From contig NZ_CP036280.1 of NCBI RefSeq assembly GCF_007748075.1, positions 3,450,001-3,482,000 of the forward strand: a stretch of DNA of 32,000 bases, in the 5' to 3' direction. This DNA comes from Mucisphaera calidilacus (lineage in GTDB: Bacteria > Planctomycetota > Phycisphaerae > Phycisphaerales > Phycisphaeraceae). Below, one piece after another: positions 15,704 through 23,489 of this stretch. Each line of letters starts with the position of its first letter. The stretch's first letter is position 1. A program made the translations under genes and the position numbers. The notes under the pieces were generated by a model. The model was not told the DNA's origin. It ran no database searches and saw nothing but the letters and a program-made list of their open reading frames with translations.

Positions 15704-15748
15704 GTGTGCAGCGGTGCGGGTTGATGCGGGTATGAAAGGTTTGATTCG

Positions 15749-16660
15749 ATGAACCAGACAGTTCTGATTATTGATGATTCGCCGGACATCCATCGCATCA
15801 TTGAGGTGCGTGGCCGCGATCTGGACGTGCGTTTTGTGTCGGCGCTGGACGCGGAGGAGGGTTTTGCGCTCGCGGCGTCGGAGCGTCCGGACCTGATTCT
15901 GCTGGACGTGGATCTGGGTGAGGGCACGAGTGGTTTTGACCTGTGCGAGAGGCTCAAGTCGACGCCCGTGGTTCGTGACGTGCCGGTGATCTTCCTGACG
16001 GGTGAGGGTCAGAGTGACAGCAAGATCCGTGCGTTTGACATCGGCGCGGTGGATTACGTGGTGAAGCCGTTCAATCATGGCGAGTTGCTGGCGCGGATGC
16101 GTTCGGCGCTGCGGACGAAGCATCTGGTGGACATGCTGGCGGAGTGTGCGAATCTGGATGGGCTGACGGGTCTGCGGAACCGTCGTTACTTTGATGAGCG
16201 GTTGGCGCAGGAGGTTGAGACGGTTCGTCGTCACGACTGTGCGTTGACGCTGATCATCATGGACATTGACAAGTTCAAGACGATCAACGACACGCTGGGG
16301 CATCCGCGGGGTGACCAGGTGATTCAGGCGTTGGGGCAGGTGATTCAGCGCGTGGGGCGGATGACGGATATTCCGTGTCGTCTGGGCGGTGACGAGTTTG
16401 TGCTGATGCTTCCTCAGACGGACACGCCGGCTGTGGAGGTGGTGGCGGAGCGGCTGTGCGAGGCGGTTCGTAGCGACGAGACGCTCAACCGTCTGGTGCC
16501 GAACGGCGTGACGTGCAGTGTCGGTCTGGCGTCGACCTCGATGCTCGAGGATCTGTCGGCGGACGCGTTGATCGAGGCGGCGGACCAGGCGTTGTATGCG
16601 TCGAAGCGTGGCGGCCGGGATCGCTGGACGGCTTACGAGCGGGGTCGCGCGGCGGCGTGA
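15749..16660 (+). CDS. Response regulator receiver plus GGDEF diguanylate cyclase (PleD/WspR-like)
   Basis: The REC domain shows VLIIDDSPDI...DLILLDVDL...PVIFLTG...KP. The GGDEF domain shows DGLTGLRNRRYF...RLGGDEFVLML...ASKRGGRDR. Confidence 0.92.
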   Translation: MNQTVLIIDDSPDIHRIIEVRGRDLDVRFVSALDAEEGFALAASERPDLILLDVDLGEGTSGFDLCERLKSTPVVRDVPVIFLTGEGQSDSKIRAFDIGAVDYVVKPFNHGELLARMRSALRTKHLVDMLAECANLDGLTGLRNRRYFDERLAQEVETVRRHDCALTLIIMDIDKFKTINDTLGHPRGDQVIQALGQVIQRVGRMTDIPCRLGGDEFVLMLPQTDTPAVEVVAERLCEAVRSDETLNRLVPNGVTCSVGLASTSMLEDLSADALIEAADQALYASKRGGRDRWTAYERGRAAA

Positions 16661-16693
16661 GTCACGGGGTCGCGGTCCGGTTATAGTCGGGTG

Positions 16694-17938
16694 ATGCAGA
16701 CGATCGAGACGCACGTGCTGGACAATGGGTTGACGGTTGCGCTGGAGCCCATGTCGGGTGTCGAGTCGGTTTCGTTGACGTTGATGGTTCCGGCGGGGAT
16801 GGCTTCGGAGCCCGAGGACCGGCAGGGTTTGTCGGGCTTGTTGACGGAGATGGTGTGTCGGGGGGCGGGTGGTCTGAGCAGCCGTGCGCACGTGGACCTG
16901 CTGGACCGGCTGGGTGTGGTCCGGACAACGGGGTCGACGCTCCGGCATTTTCGTCTGGGCGCGACGCTGGTGGGTGATCGTTTGTCGGAGGCGTTGGGTC
17001 CGTTGCTGGACATGGCGATGTCGCCCGCGTTGTCGGAGGCGGATTTCGAGCCGAGTCGTCAGCTGGCGTTGCAGACGCTTGACGGCTTGCAGGATGACCC
17101 TCAGCACCGCGTGATGCTGGATCTGCGTCGTGTGTTGTTCCCGACGCCTCTGGGCCGTTCGCCTCACGGGCGTCGCGCGGACGTTGAGGCGTCGAGCGTG
17201 GAGGACGTTCGCGGTTTCTGGGAGCGTCGATGTCGGCCGGGCGGGGGTGTGCTGGCGATCGCGGGGAAGCTGGATCCTGAGCGTGTGTTGGAGCGTGTGT
17301 CGGGTCTGGTGTCGGGGTGGACGGGTCGGGCGGAGCCGGTGTCGATTTCGCCGACGGCTTATGGGGGCCCGGTGCAGAGCGTGGAGAAGACGTCGCAGGT
17401 TCACATTGGTGTGGGTCTGGAGGCGATTCCGGAGTTGGACGAGGGCGTGTGGTGTCAGCGTCTGGCGGTGGCGGCGTTGTCGGGGGGGATGTCGGCGCGG
17501 CTGTTTACGGAGGTTCGTGAGAAGCGTGGGTTGTGTTATTCGGTGCACGCGAGTTATGCGGGGGCGCGGGAGTTCGGTGCGATCATGGCGTATGCGGGGA
17601 CGACGCCTGAGCGAGCGGAGCAGACGCTTGACGTGCTGAGCGGGGAGCTGGTTCGGATCCACGAGGGTCTGGAGGCGGACGAGTTTGCGCGGGCGAAGAC
17701 GGGGATGAAGGCCCGGGTGGTGATGTCGGGCGAGTCGACGTCGGCGCGGGCGAGTGCGTTGGCGTCGGACCTGATGGTGCTTGGGCGTACGCGTAGCCTG
17801 GAGGAGGTGGGTGCGAAGATTGACGGGGTGACGCTTGAGCAGGTCAACGCGTTTCTGGCGTCGCGCGAGGCGGGCGTCCAGCGTGTGGTGACGATCGGTC
17901 CTGAGCCGCTGGCGGTGCCTGAGCGTTGCGGGGGGTGA
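16694..17938 (+). CDS. M16 (pitrilysin/insulinase) family protein lacking the HxxEH zinc motif (probably a non-catalytic subunit)
   Basis: HVLDNGLTVALEPM...GLSGLLTEMVCRGAG occupies the position where active M16 enzymes have G.AHFLEH. The remaining two-domain M16 layout is recognisable (ATG 16694, GTG 16691 also possible). Confidence 0.8.
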   Translation: MQTIETHVLDNGLTVALEPMSGVESVSLTLMVPAGMASEPEDRQGLSGLLTEMVCRGAGGLSSRAHVDLLDRLGVVRTTGSTLRHFRLGATLVGDRLSEALGPLLDMAMSPALSEADFEPSRQLALQTLDGLQDDPQHRVMLDLRRVLFPTPLGRSPHGRRADVEASSVEDVRGFWERRCRPGGGVLAIAGKLDPERVLERVSGLVSGWTGRAEPVSISPTAYGGPVQSVEKTSQVHIGVGLEAIPELDEGVWCQRLAVAALSGGMSARLFTEVREKRGLCYSVHASYAGAREFGAIMAYAGTTPERAEQTLDVLSGELVRIHEGLEADEFARAKTGMKARVVMSGESTSARASALASDLMVLGRTRSLEEVGAKIDGVTLEQVNAFLASREAGVQRVVTIGPEPLAVPERCGG

Positions 17939-17944
17939 GGAGGC

Positions 17945-18598
17945 GTGGTGTTGCGTGTGTTGATCACGGTGGGTCCGACGCGTGAGCCGATTGATCGGGT
18001 GCGTTTTATCGGGAACCGGTCGAGTGGCGAGATGGGGAGTCTGATCGCGGAGGCGATGGCGAGCGCGGGTCACGAGGTGACGTCGCTGGTGGGTCCGGTG
18101 GATCGTGCGGTTGTGGCGCGGTGTTCGGGGGCGGGTCGGGTGTATCGTTTTGAGAGTTCGGCGGAGCTGGGTCAGTTGCTGGAGGCGCATTTTCGGGACG
18201 CGGACGTGTTGGTGATGGCGGCGGCGGTGGCGGATTATCGACCGGTGACGGTGTCGGAGGGCAAGATGGCACGTCTTTCGGGTCAAGATCAGCGGATGGT
18301 GGTGGAGTTGATGCCGACGCCTGACCTGGTGGCGGGTGTGGCGGGCAGCAAGCGTGCGGGTCAGCGTGTGGTGGCGTTTGCGTTGGAGGAAGCGGGTGTT
18401 CTGGAGGCGCGGGCGGGGGAGAAGATGCGTCGTAAGGGTGTGGACGCGATGGTGGCGAATCCGCTGGGGACGATGGAATCGGGGGGGATTCGGGCGACGT
18501 GGATGACGGTGGGTGGCGAGGTGGAGCGTCTGGAGAGGATGCCTAAGTCTGAGTTTGCGAGCTGGTTAGCTGAACGGGTTGTGCGGTTGTTCGGATGA
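17945..18598 (+). CDS. coaB: Phosphopantothenate--cysteine ligase (stand-alone CoaB domain)
   Basis: GTG start after GAGGAGG. VLITVGPTREPIDRVRFIGNRSSGEMG...AAAVADYRP...GKM...LMPTPDL is the Dfp C-terminal (CoaB) signature. No CoaC flavoprotein domain is attached. Confidence 0.85.
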   Translation: MVLRVLITVGPTREPIDRVRFIGNRSSGEMGSLIAEAMASAGHEVTSLVGPVDRAVVARCSGAGRVYRFESSAELGQLLEAHFRDADVLVMAAAVADYRPVTVSEGKMARLSGQDQRMVVELMPTPDLVAGVAGSKRAGQRVVAFALEEAGVLEARAGEKMRRKGVDAMVANPLGTMESGGIRATWMTVGGEVERLERMPKSEFASWLAERVVRLFG

Positions 18599-18742
18599 TC
18601 TGAAAAAGCCTTGTCTTCATCGGGTTAGGGTGATACGGTTGTATTTACCGATCATGTCTTTGGGCGAGGCCTGCTCGCTGTTTTGGGTTCGCCGGGCCGA
18701 TTGCGATTCTTTCTTGTGGCCCGAGAAATACGAGGTTGAGCG

Positions 18743-19459
18743 ATGCTGACGATTCATTGCAGCCGCTGTGGTGCCGAGATGCACTTTGGCGAGGGGGCTT
18801 GTGGCCGGCGGGCCAAGTGCCTGAAGTGTGATTATGTGTTCCGGTTGCCTTCGAAAGAGGCGTTGATGGAGGAGACGGTTTCGGAGTGGATCGCGGAGGA
18901 CGTGGACGAGGTTCTGACCAAGCGTGACGAGATGTTTGAGGAGCGTAATCGTCCGGAGTTGCGTGATCTGCATTATGAGAAGGCGAAGCGTGTTTCGCGG
19001 TCGTTTGACTCGACGATCGGTCCGGCGATCTCGACGCGCGAGGCGGCGAAGGACAAGAAGTCGTCGGGCAAGCAGTCGTCGCCTGTGACGCCTGAGTGCC
19101 GAGCGCGTCTGGAGACGTGGACGAGCTGGCAGCCCGGGGAGCGGTTGCGGAAGTATTATCCGGACGCGGATTACGCGGAGGATGACGAGGGGAAGGCGGG
19201 GGTGCTGATTACGAATCAGCGGTTGTTGTACCGGAAGGGTCACAACCAGGGCTCGGTGGGTCTGGATGTCGAGGACGCGGTGATTCTGGCGCGGGTTCGG
19301 GGCCACACGGCGTCGTTGAATCTGATGGTGGGTTCGACGCGGACGCGGATGGCGCGGGTGACGTTGCATCACCTACAGCGGCTGACGCGTGAGGTTCACA
19401 ACATGGACCGCGGGATCAAGCTGCTGATTGGCGAGGCCCAGGCGAACGAGACGGCCTGA
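18743..19459 (+). CDS. Hypothetical protein: N-terminal CxxC...CxxC zinc ribbon, charged linker, C-terminal bacterial PH-like module
   Basis: MLTIHCSRCGAEMHFGEGACGRRAKCLKCDYVF is followed by a Glu/Lys-rich linker. GVLITNQRLLYRKGHNQGSVGLDVEDAVIL resembles bPH/YokE-type folds, although that assignment is tentative. Confidence 0.6.
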   Translation: MLTIHCSRCGAEMHFGEGACGRRAKCLKCDYVFRLPSKEALMEETVSEWIAEDVDEVLTKRDEMFEERNRPELRDLHYEKAKRVSRSFDSTIGPAISTREAAKDKKSSGKQSSPVTPECRARLETWTSWQPGERLRKYYPDADYAEDDEGKAGVLITNQRLLYRKGHNQGSVGLDVEDAVILARVRGHTASLNLMVGSTRTRMARVTLHHLQRLTREVHNMDRGIKLLIGEAQANETA

Positions 19460-19485
19460 CGGGTTGATTCTGGGCGGGAGAGGAT

Positions 19486-19513
19486 TTGACTTGGTTTACG
19501 GGTTCGCTAGTAT
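19486..19513 (+). promoter_or_regulatory. Sigma70-type promoter TTGACT-N16-TAGTAT driving a probably leaderless arsR-arsM mRNA
   Basis: TTGACT lies at 19486-19491 and TAGTAT at 19508-19513. The arsR ATG (19520) is only 6 nt beyond the -10 element, and there is no Shine-Dalgarno sequence. Confidence 0.5.
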
Positions 19514-19519
19514 GCTTGC

Positions 19520-19933
19520 ATGGTGACGCCAGTATCCAAGCGATTTGTGGGCAGTCCGACGGAGGCGGCTTCGTGCGTGGACGAGCTGGACGAGCGTTTT
19601 GACACGGCGTTGTTCAAGGCGTTGGCGGACCCGACGCGTTGTCGTCTGCTGACGTGCCTGATTCGTTGCGGGCGGCCCTGCTCGGTGACGGAGGTGGCGG
19701 CGTGTTGTGCGGTGGATTTTTCGGTGGTGGCGCGTCACCTGGCGCAGCTGGCGCGGGTGGGCGTGTTGTCGGCGCACAAGCGGGGTCGGACGGTGTGGTA
19801 CGAGCCGCGTTACGGTCATCTTTCGGGTGTGCTGCGTGGATTGGCGGACGCGGTGGAGGGTTGGTGTCCGGGTGGCGGGGGTGTGGTTGATGTGACGGTT
19901 GAAACTCGAACAGAAGAAGGAAAAGCAACGTGA
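19520..19933 (+). CDS. arsR: ArsR/SmtB family metalloregulator
   Basis: FKALADPTRCRLLTCL...VTEVAACCAVDFSVVARHLAQLARVGVL...GRTVWYE is a winged HTH with a Cys-rich sensing region. It is translationally coupled to arsM (GTGA overlap). Confidence 0.88.
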   Translation: MVTPVSKRFVGSPTEAASCVDELDERFDTALFKALADPTRCRLLTCLIRCGRPCSVTEVAACCAVDFSVVARHLAQLARVGVLSAHKRGRTVWYEPRYGHLSGVLRGLADAVEGWCPGGGGVVDVTVETRTEEGKAT

Positions 19934-20835
19934 GTGATCAGAAGGCAGATGCGGTTCGTGACACGGTTCGCGAGGGTTATTCGGAGATCGCAGAGATGGG
20001 TCAGTGGTCGGGTGTTCGGCCGGCGTCGCGTCGTGTGGTGGAGGCGGAGGGGTCGGGTTGCTGTGGCGGCGGATCGGGTGAGGGTGGCGGGTGTTGCGGG
20101 CCGGTGACGCTGACGGCGGATGACGTGGCGGTGGCGGTGGGTTATGCGAAGGAGGATCTGGCGTCGCTGCCTGAGGGAGCGAACATGGGTTTGTCGTGCG
20201 GGAACCCGACGGCGTTGGCGTCGCTTGTTGAGGGCGAGGTGGTGGTGGACCTGGGTTCGGGGGGCGGTTTTGACTGTTTCCTGGCGGGTCCGAAGGTGGG
20301 TGCGTCGGGTCGTGTGATTGGTGTGGACATGACGCCTGCGATGCTGAGCAAGGCGCGGGGGAATATCGAGAGTTATCGGAAGCAGAGTGCGTTGGACAAC
20401 GTGGAGTTTCGGCTGGGTGAGATTGAGCATCTGCCGATCGCGGACGGGGTCGTGGACGTGGTGATCTCGAACTGCGTGATTAATTTGTCGACGGACAAGG
20501 GGCAGGTGTGGCGTGAGATTGCGCGGGTGTTGAAGCCCGGGGGTCGTGCGGCGGTGTCGGACATTGCGTTGCTGAGGCCTCTGCCTGAGGCGGTGCGTGC
20601 GAACGCGGAGGCGTTGGTGGGTTGTGTGGCGGGGGCGGAGCTGGTGGAGGATGTGCTGGCGGCGATCGAGTCGGCGGGGATGGTGGAGGTGAAGCAGCGT
20701 GCGAAGCCGGAGTACATCGAGGCGATGGTGAACGCGGAGGACCCGCTTTATCAGAAGATCGCGGCGGCGTTGCCTGAGGGCGCGAAGATCAGCGACTACA
20801 TCGTGAGCCTGGACGTGGAGGCGAAGAAGGGGTGA
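19930..20835 (+). CDS. arsM: Arsenite S-adenosylmethionine methyltransferase
   Basis: VREGYSEIA..., [20 protein letters not shown] (SAM motif), ISNCVINLS and LVGCVAGA carry the three conserved ArsM cysteines in the expected contexts. Confidence 0.88.
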   Translation: MSDQKADAVRDTVREGYSEIAEMGQWSGVRPASRRVVEAEGSGCCGGGSGEGGGCCGPVTLTADDVAVAVGYAKEDLASLPEGANMGLSCGNPTALASLVEGEVVVDLGSGGGFDCFLAGPKVGASGRVIGVDMTPAMLSKARGNIESYRKQSALDNVEFRLGEIEHLPIADGVVDVVISNCVINLSTDKGQVWREIARVLKPGGRAAVSDIALLRPLPEAVRANAEALVGCVAGAELVEDVLAAIESAGMVEVKQRAKPEYIEAMVNAEDPLYQKIAAALPEGAKISDYIVSLDVEAKKG

Positions 20836-20873
20836 ATGTTTTTCAGGCGGGGGTGGTGCCTGGCCGATGGGGA

Positions 20874-20898
20874 TGATATCATGATATCACTTTGATAG
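20874..20898. promoter_or_regulatory. Candidate antitoxin operator: tandem palindromic TGATATCA x2 plus TGATAG half-site
   Basis: TGATATCATGATATCA (20874-20889) is a perfect 16-bp palindrome, and TGATAG (20893-20898) overlaps the AGGAGG SD of the antitoxin gene. It resembles the TGCTATCA/TGATAGCA repeats bound by Neisseria FitA (from memory). Confidence 0.5.
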
Positions 20899-20908
20899 GA
20901 GGTGTTGG

Positions 20909-21160
20909 ATGGCACAGTTTGTGGTGCGGAACATCGAGGACGATGTGCGTGACCGGCTGCGAGAGCAGGCGAAGGTTGCGGGGTGCAGCATGGAAGAGTA
21001 TATTCGTGATATCTTGCGGGCGCACGCGTTGCGTGACCCGTCGGTGCCCCGGAAGGGACTGGGGACACTGATGTATGAGCGGTTTAAGGATTGCGGGCTC
21101 GACGAGCCGCTGGAGCAGTTTGATTGGGGTATCGCCAAGCCCATGGAGTTTCCGGATTGA
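20909..21160 (+). CDS. vapB: FitA/VapB-like ribbon-helix-helix antitoxin
   Basis: MAQFVVRNIEDDVRDRLREQAKVAGCSMEEYIRDILR is a typical RHH N-terminus of FitA/StbC-type antitoxins. It lies immediately upstream of a PIN gene. Confidence 0.85.
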   Translation: MAQFVVRNIEDDVRDRLREQAKVAGCSMEEYIRDILRAHALRDPSVPRKGLGTLMYERFKDCGLDEPLEQFDWGIAKPMEFPD

Positions 21161-21576
21161 TCGTCCTCGACACGAACGTGTTGTCGGAGATGATGCGTTC
21201 GCGTCCGGATCCTCGGGTGATTGGCTGGCTGAATCGGCAGGCGCTTGAGCGGTTGTGGATTACCTCGGTCACCGTTTTCGAGAGTCGCTTTGGTATCGAG
21301 CGGATGGCTGCGGGGCGTCGCAAGAGTGAGATCGATGCTCAGTACCACGGCGTTGTTGCGGAGGATTTGAGGGGGCGTGTGTTGGATCTGGACGAGCGAG
21401 CGGCGGAATTGGCGGCGTCGATCGGTGCGCGGCTGCAGTCGGCGGGGCGTCCGATTCAGGTGAATGATCTGTTGATTGCGGGGATGGTGTCGGCGCGTGA
21501 CGCGACGCTGGCGACGCGGAATGTGCGTCATTTTGATGACACGGGGATCCGGACGGTGGACCCTTGGGAAGGGTGA
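21157..21576 (+). CDS. vapC: PIN-domain ribonuclease toxin (VapC/FitB-like)
   Basis: (M/L)IVLDTNVLSEMMR...ITSVTVFE...VNDLLIAGMVSARDATLATRNVRHF contains the PIN acidic residues. I propose a TTG start at 21157 overlapping the antitoxin stop (TTGA). The track ORF start at 21124 would overlap vapB by 37 nt. Confidence 0.85.
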   Translation: MIVLDTNVLSEMMRSRPDPRVIGWLNRQALERLWITSVTVFESRFGIERMAAGRRKSEIDAQYHGVVAEDLRGRVLDLDERAAELAASIGARLQSAGRPIQVNDLLIAGMVSARDATLATRNVRHFDDTGIRTVDPWEG

Positions 21577-21598
21577 CGGGGGCGGTGTATCGGCTGTG

Positions 21599-23449
21599 TC
21601 AGGGGATGGTGGGCGGTTCGAGTGTGACGGCGATGCGGACGCTCCCGGAGTCCGGGGCGGTGGCGTTGACGATGAGCAGGCGGTGTCCGGGGTTGGGTGC
21701 GTCGAAGTCGTTGGTGGGTGTGGCTTCGAGGGTGGAGAAGTCGGCGGCGGGGGTGGCGTCGACGGTGGCCCGGAGTGTTTGTTGTTGCTGGCGGAGGGTG
21801 GCTGTTGTGCCGTGGAGCGTGATGGTGGCGGGTGTCATCATGGCCCAGCGGACGCGGTCGCCTGGCTGGAGGCCTTCGAGTTGGTCTTCGATGAGGATGT
21901 TGTTGTCCGGGGTGAAGGTGAAGGCTCGCGTGACGCTGGTGGCCTGGTCGCCAAAGACCGGGGTGAGGTCGTAGACGGCACGGGCCGGCAGGTTCTGGTC
22001 GGGGGTGGTGACGAGGGTTGCCTGTCCATCGACGCGGTGGGGCTGGTCGTTGATGGTGATTGTGTTGTGTGATTGGTGGTTGAGTCGGTAGATCTCCCAT
22101 CGCTGGCTGTCCTGTTGTCGGCCCCAGAGATTGATGCCTCGTGATTCGAGGCTGTGGTAGTTCTGTTTGCCTAGGTCGGAGGCCCATCGGTGTCCTGCCG
22201 CGTCGAGGACGAAGGAGCCGGCGTCCATCTGTCCGTGGTTGAGGCTGGCCCGTCCGCCCTTGGTGGCGAGGAAGTGTGCGTTGGGGTCGTTCCACGCGGA
22301 TCGGAAGATGGCGAGGGGTTGTTCGCCTTGGCCGTACCAGACGGTGGGTTGTGGGGGTGTCGGCTCGTTGTTGTCGTCGAGTCGTGCCCACCAGACGGCG
22401 GCGAGGGGTGTGATGCGGTCGATGGACCCGGTCATGGCGTTCCAGTCGCGTGCGCGTTCGTTGGCGATGATGTCGGGTCGGTTGAGGTGTGCGGCGAACC
22501 AGAAGAGCGCGGATTTCTGCTGGTCTTTCTCGTCGCCATCGGAGTAGTTGAAGGGCAGTCCTGTGGGGCCGATGACGTGGGCGATGTAGTCGGCGGATTC
22601 GAGGAATCCCGGGGCGTGGCTGAGTAGGAGGTCGCTGCCGAGCGCGGTGTTGAGGGCGTCGAGGAGCATGACCTGGTAGCTGGTGCCGTAGACCCAGTAG
22701 GAGGGTCCTTCGGGGTAGACGCCATCGGGCGCGTAGGCGTGGAGGGCGAGGGGGTTTCCCTGTCGGACCTTGTCGAGCCAGCGTGCGGCGCGTTGGGGGT
22801 GTTGCTCGGCGGTGACGAGCATGGCGAGGGTGAGTCCGCCGAAGCAGACCTGGTTCCAGTTGTGGGTGCTGCGCATCCAGGCGAGTTCGCGTTCGCGTTT
22901 GGGGTCGTCGATGTGGCTGAGTGCGTGGTCCCAGAGCGCCTGTTGGATGTCGGCTCTGAGTTGGGGGTCGAGGTCGTGGTAGAGCCAGTCGTAGCCGATG
23001 GCGACGGCGGCGGCCATCTCGGCGACGTCGAGGTAGTGGGAGGGGTTCCAGTCGGTGAAGCCGATGACCTGTTGGATCTCGTCGGCGGCGCGGTGGAGGT
23101 AGGGTTTTTCGCCGGTGGTGTGGTAGGTGAAGGCGAGGACGAGGATGCGTCGGAGTGCTTCGCGTGAGACGGAGAGGAGTCGTCGGCCTTTCTTGTGGTA
23201 GACGACGGGGGGTTTGTCGAGCAGGTCCCCTGCGTTGTGTTCGAGGCGTGTGACGAGGGCATTGAAGTGGGGGTCGGTGGCGCGTTTGGCGCGGATGGTC
23301 TTCCAGGTATCGGGTTGCAGGAAGAGCCTGGGGTGTTCGCGGTTCATGTATCGGATGAGGGTCTGGTCGTGTGACATGTCGTCGGCGGCTGCGGTTGGGG
23401 CCATCAGTGCGATGAGCGTCAGGCAGAGGGCGGTGATGAGGTGGGTCAT
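21599..23449 (-). CDS. Secreted heparinase II/III-family polysaccharide lyase-like protein
   Basis: The signal peptide is MTHLITALCLTLIALMAPTAAA. An alginate-lyase-like alpha/alpha toroid N-terminal half (HPRLFL..., W..NH) is followed by a C-terminal Hepar_II_III region (NHGQMDAGSF, HNTITIND). Confidence 0.8.
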   Translation of the reverse strand: MTHLITALCLTLIALMAPTAAADDMSHDQTLIRYMNREHPRLFLQPDTWKTIRAKRATDPHFNALVTRLEHNAGDLLDKPPVVYHKKGRRLLSVSREALRRILVLAFTYHTTGEKPYLHRAADEIQQVIGFTDWNPSHYLDVAEMAAAVAIGYDWLYHDLDPQLRADIQQALWDHALSHIDDPKRERELAWMRSTHNWNQVCFGGLTLAMLVTAEQHPQRAARWLDKVRQGNPLALHAYAPDGVYPEGPSYWVYGTSYQVMLLDALNTALGSDLLLSHAPGFLESADYIAHVIGPTGLPFNYSDGDEKDQQKSALFWFAAHLNRPDIIANERARDWNAMTGSIDRITPLAAVWWARLDDNNEPTPPQPTVWYGQGEQPLAIFRSAWNDPNAHFLATKGGRASLNHGQMDAGSFVLDAAGHRWASDLGKQNYHSLESRGINLWGRQQDSQRWEIYRLNHQSHNTITINDQPHRVDGQATLVTTPDQNLPARAVYDLTPVFGDQATSVTRAFTFTPDNNILIEDQLEGLQPGDRVRWAMMTPATITLHGTTATLRQQQQTLRATVDATPAADFSTLEATPTNDFDAPNPGHRLLIVNATAPDSGSVRIAVTLEPPTIP

Positions 23450-23489
23450 GGCAGGGGTTCCCGGTGGGTGCTGGCGGCGCGGTGGTGTG

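Noticed and set aside
15491-18286. 931-aa minus-strand ORF (also 7992..9254, 944..2215, 10146..11204, 24905..26197, 25516..26811 and similar)
   Set aside because: These are Arg/Pro/His/Thr- or Gly/Val/Asp-rich translations typical of stop-free wrong frames in high-GC DNA. Each overlaps genes with strong family signatures on the other strand or frame.
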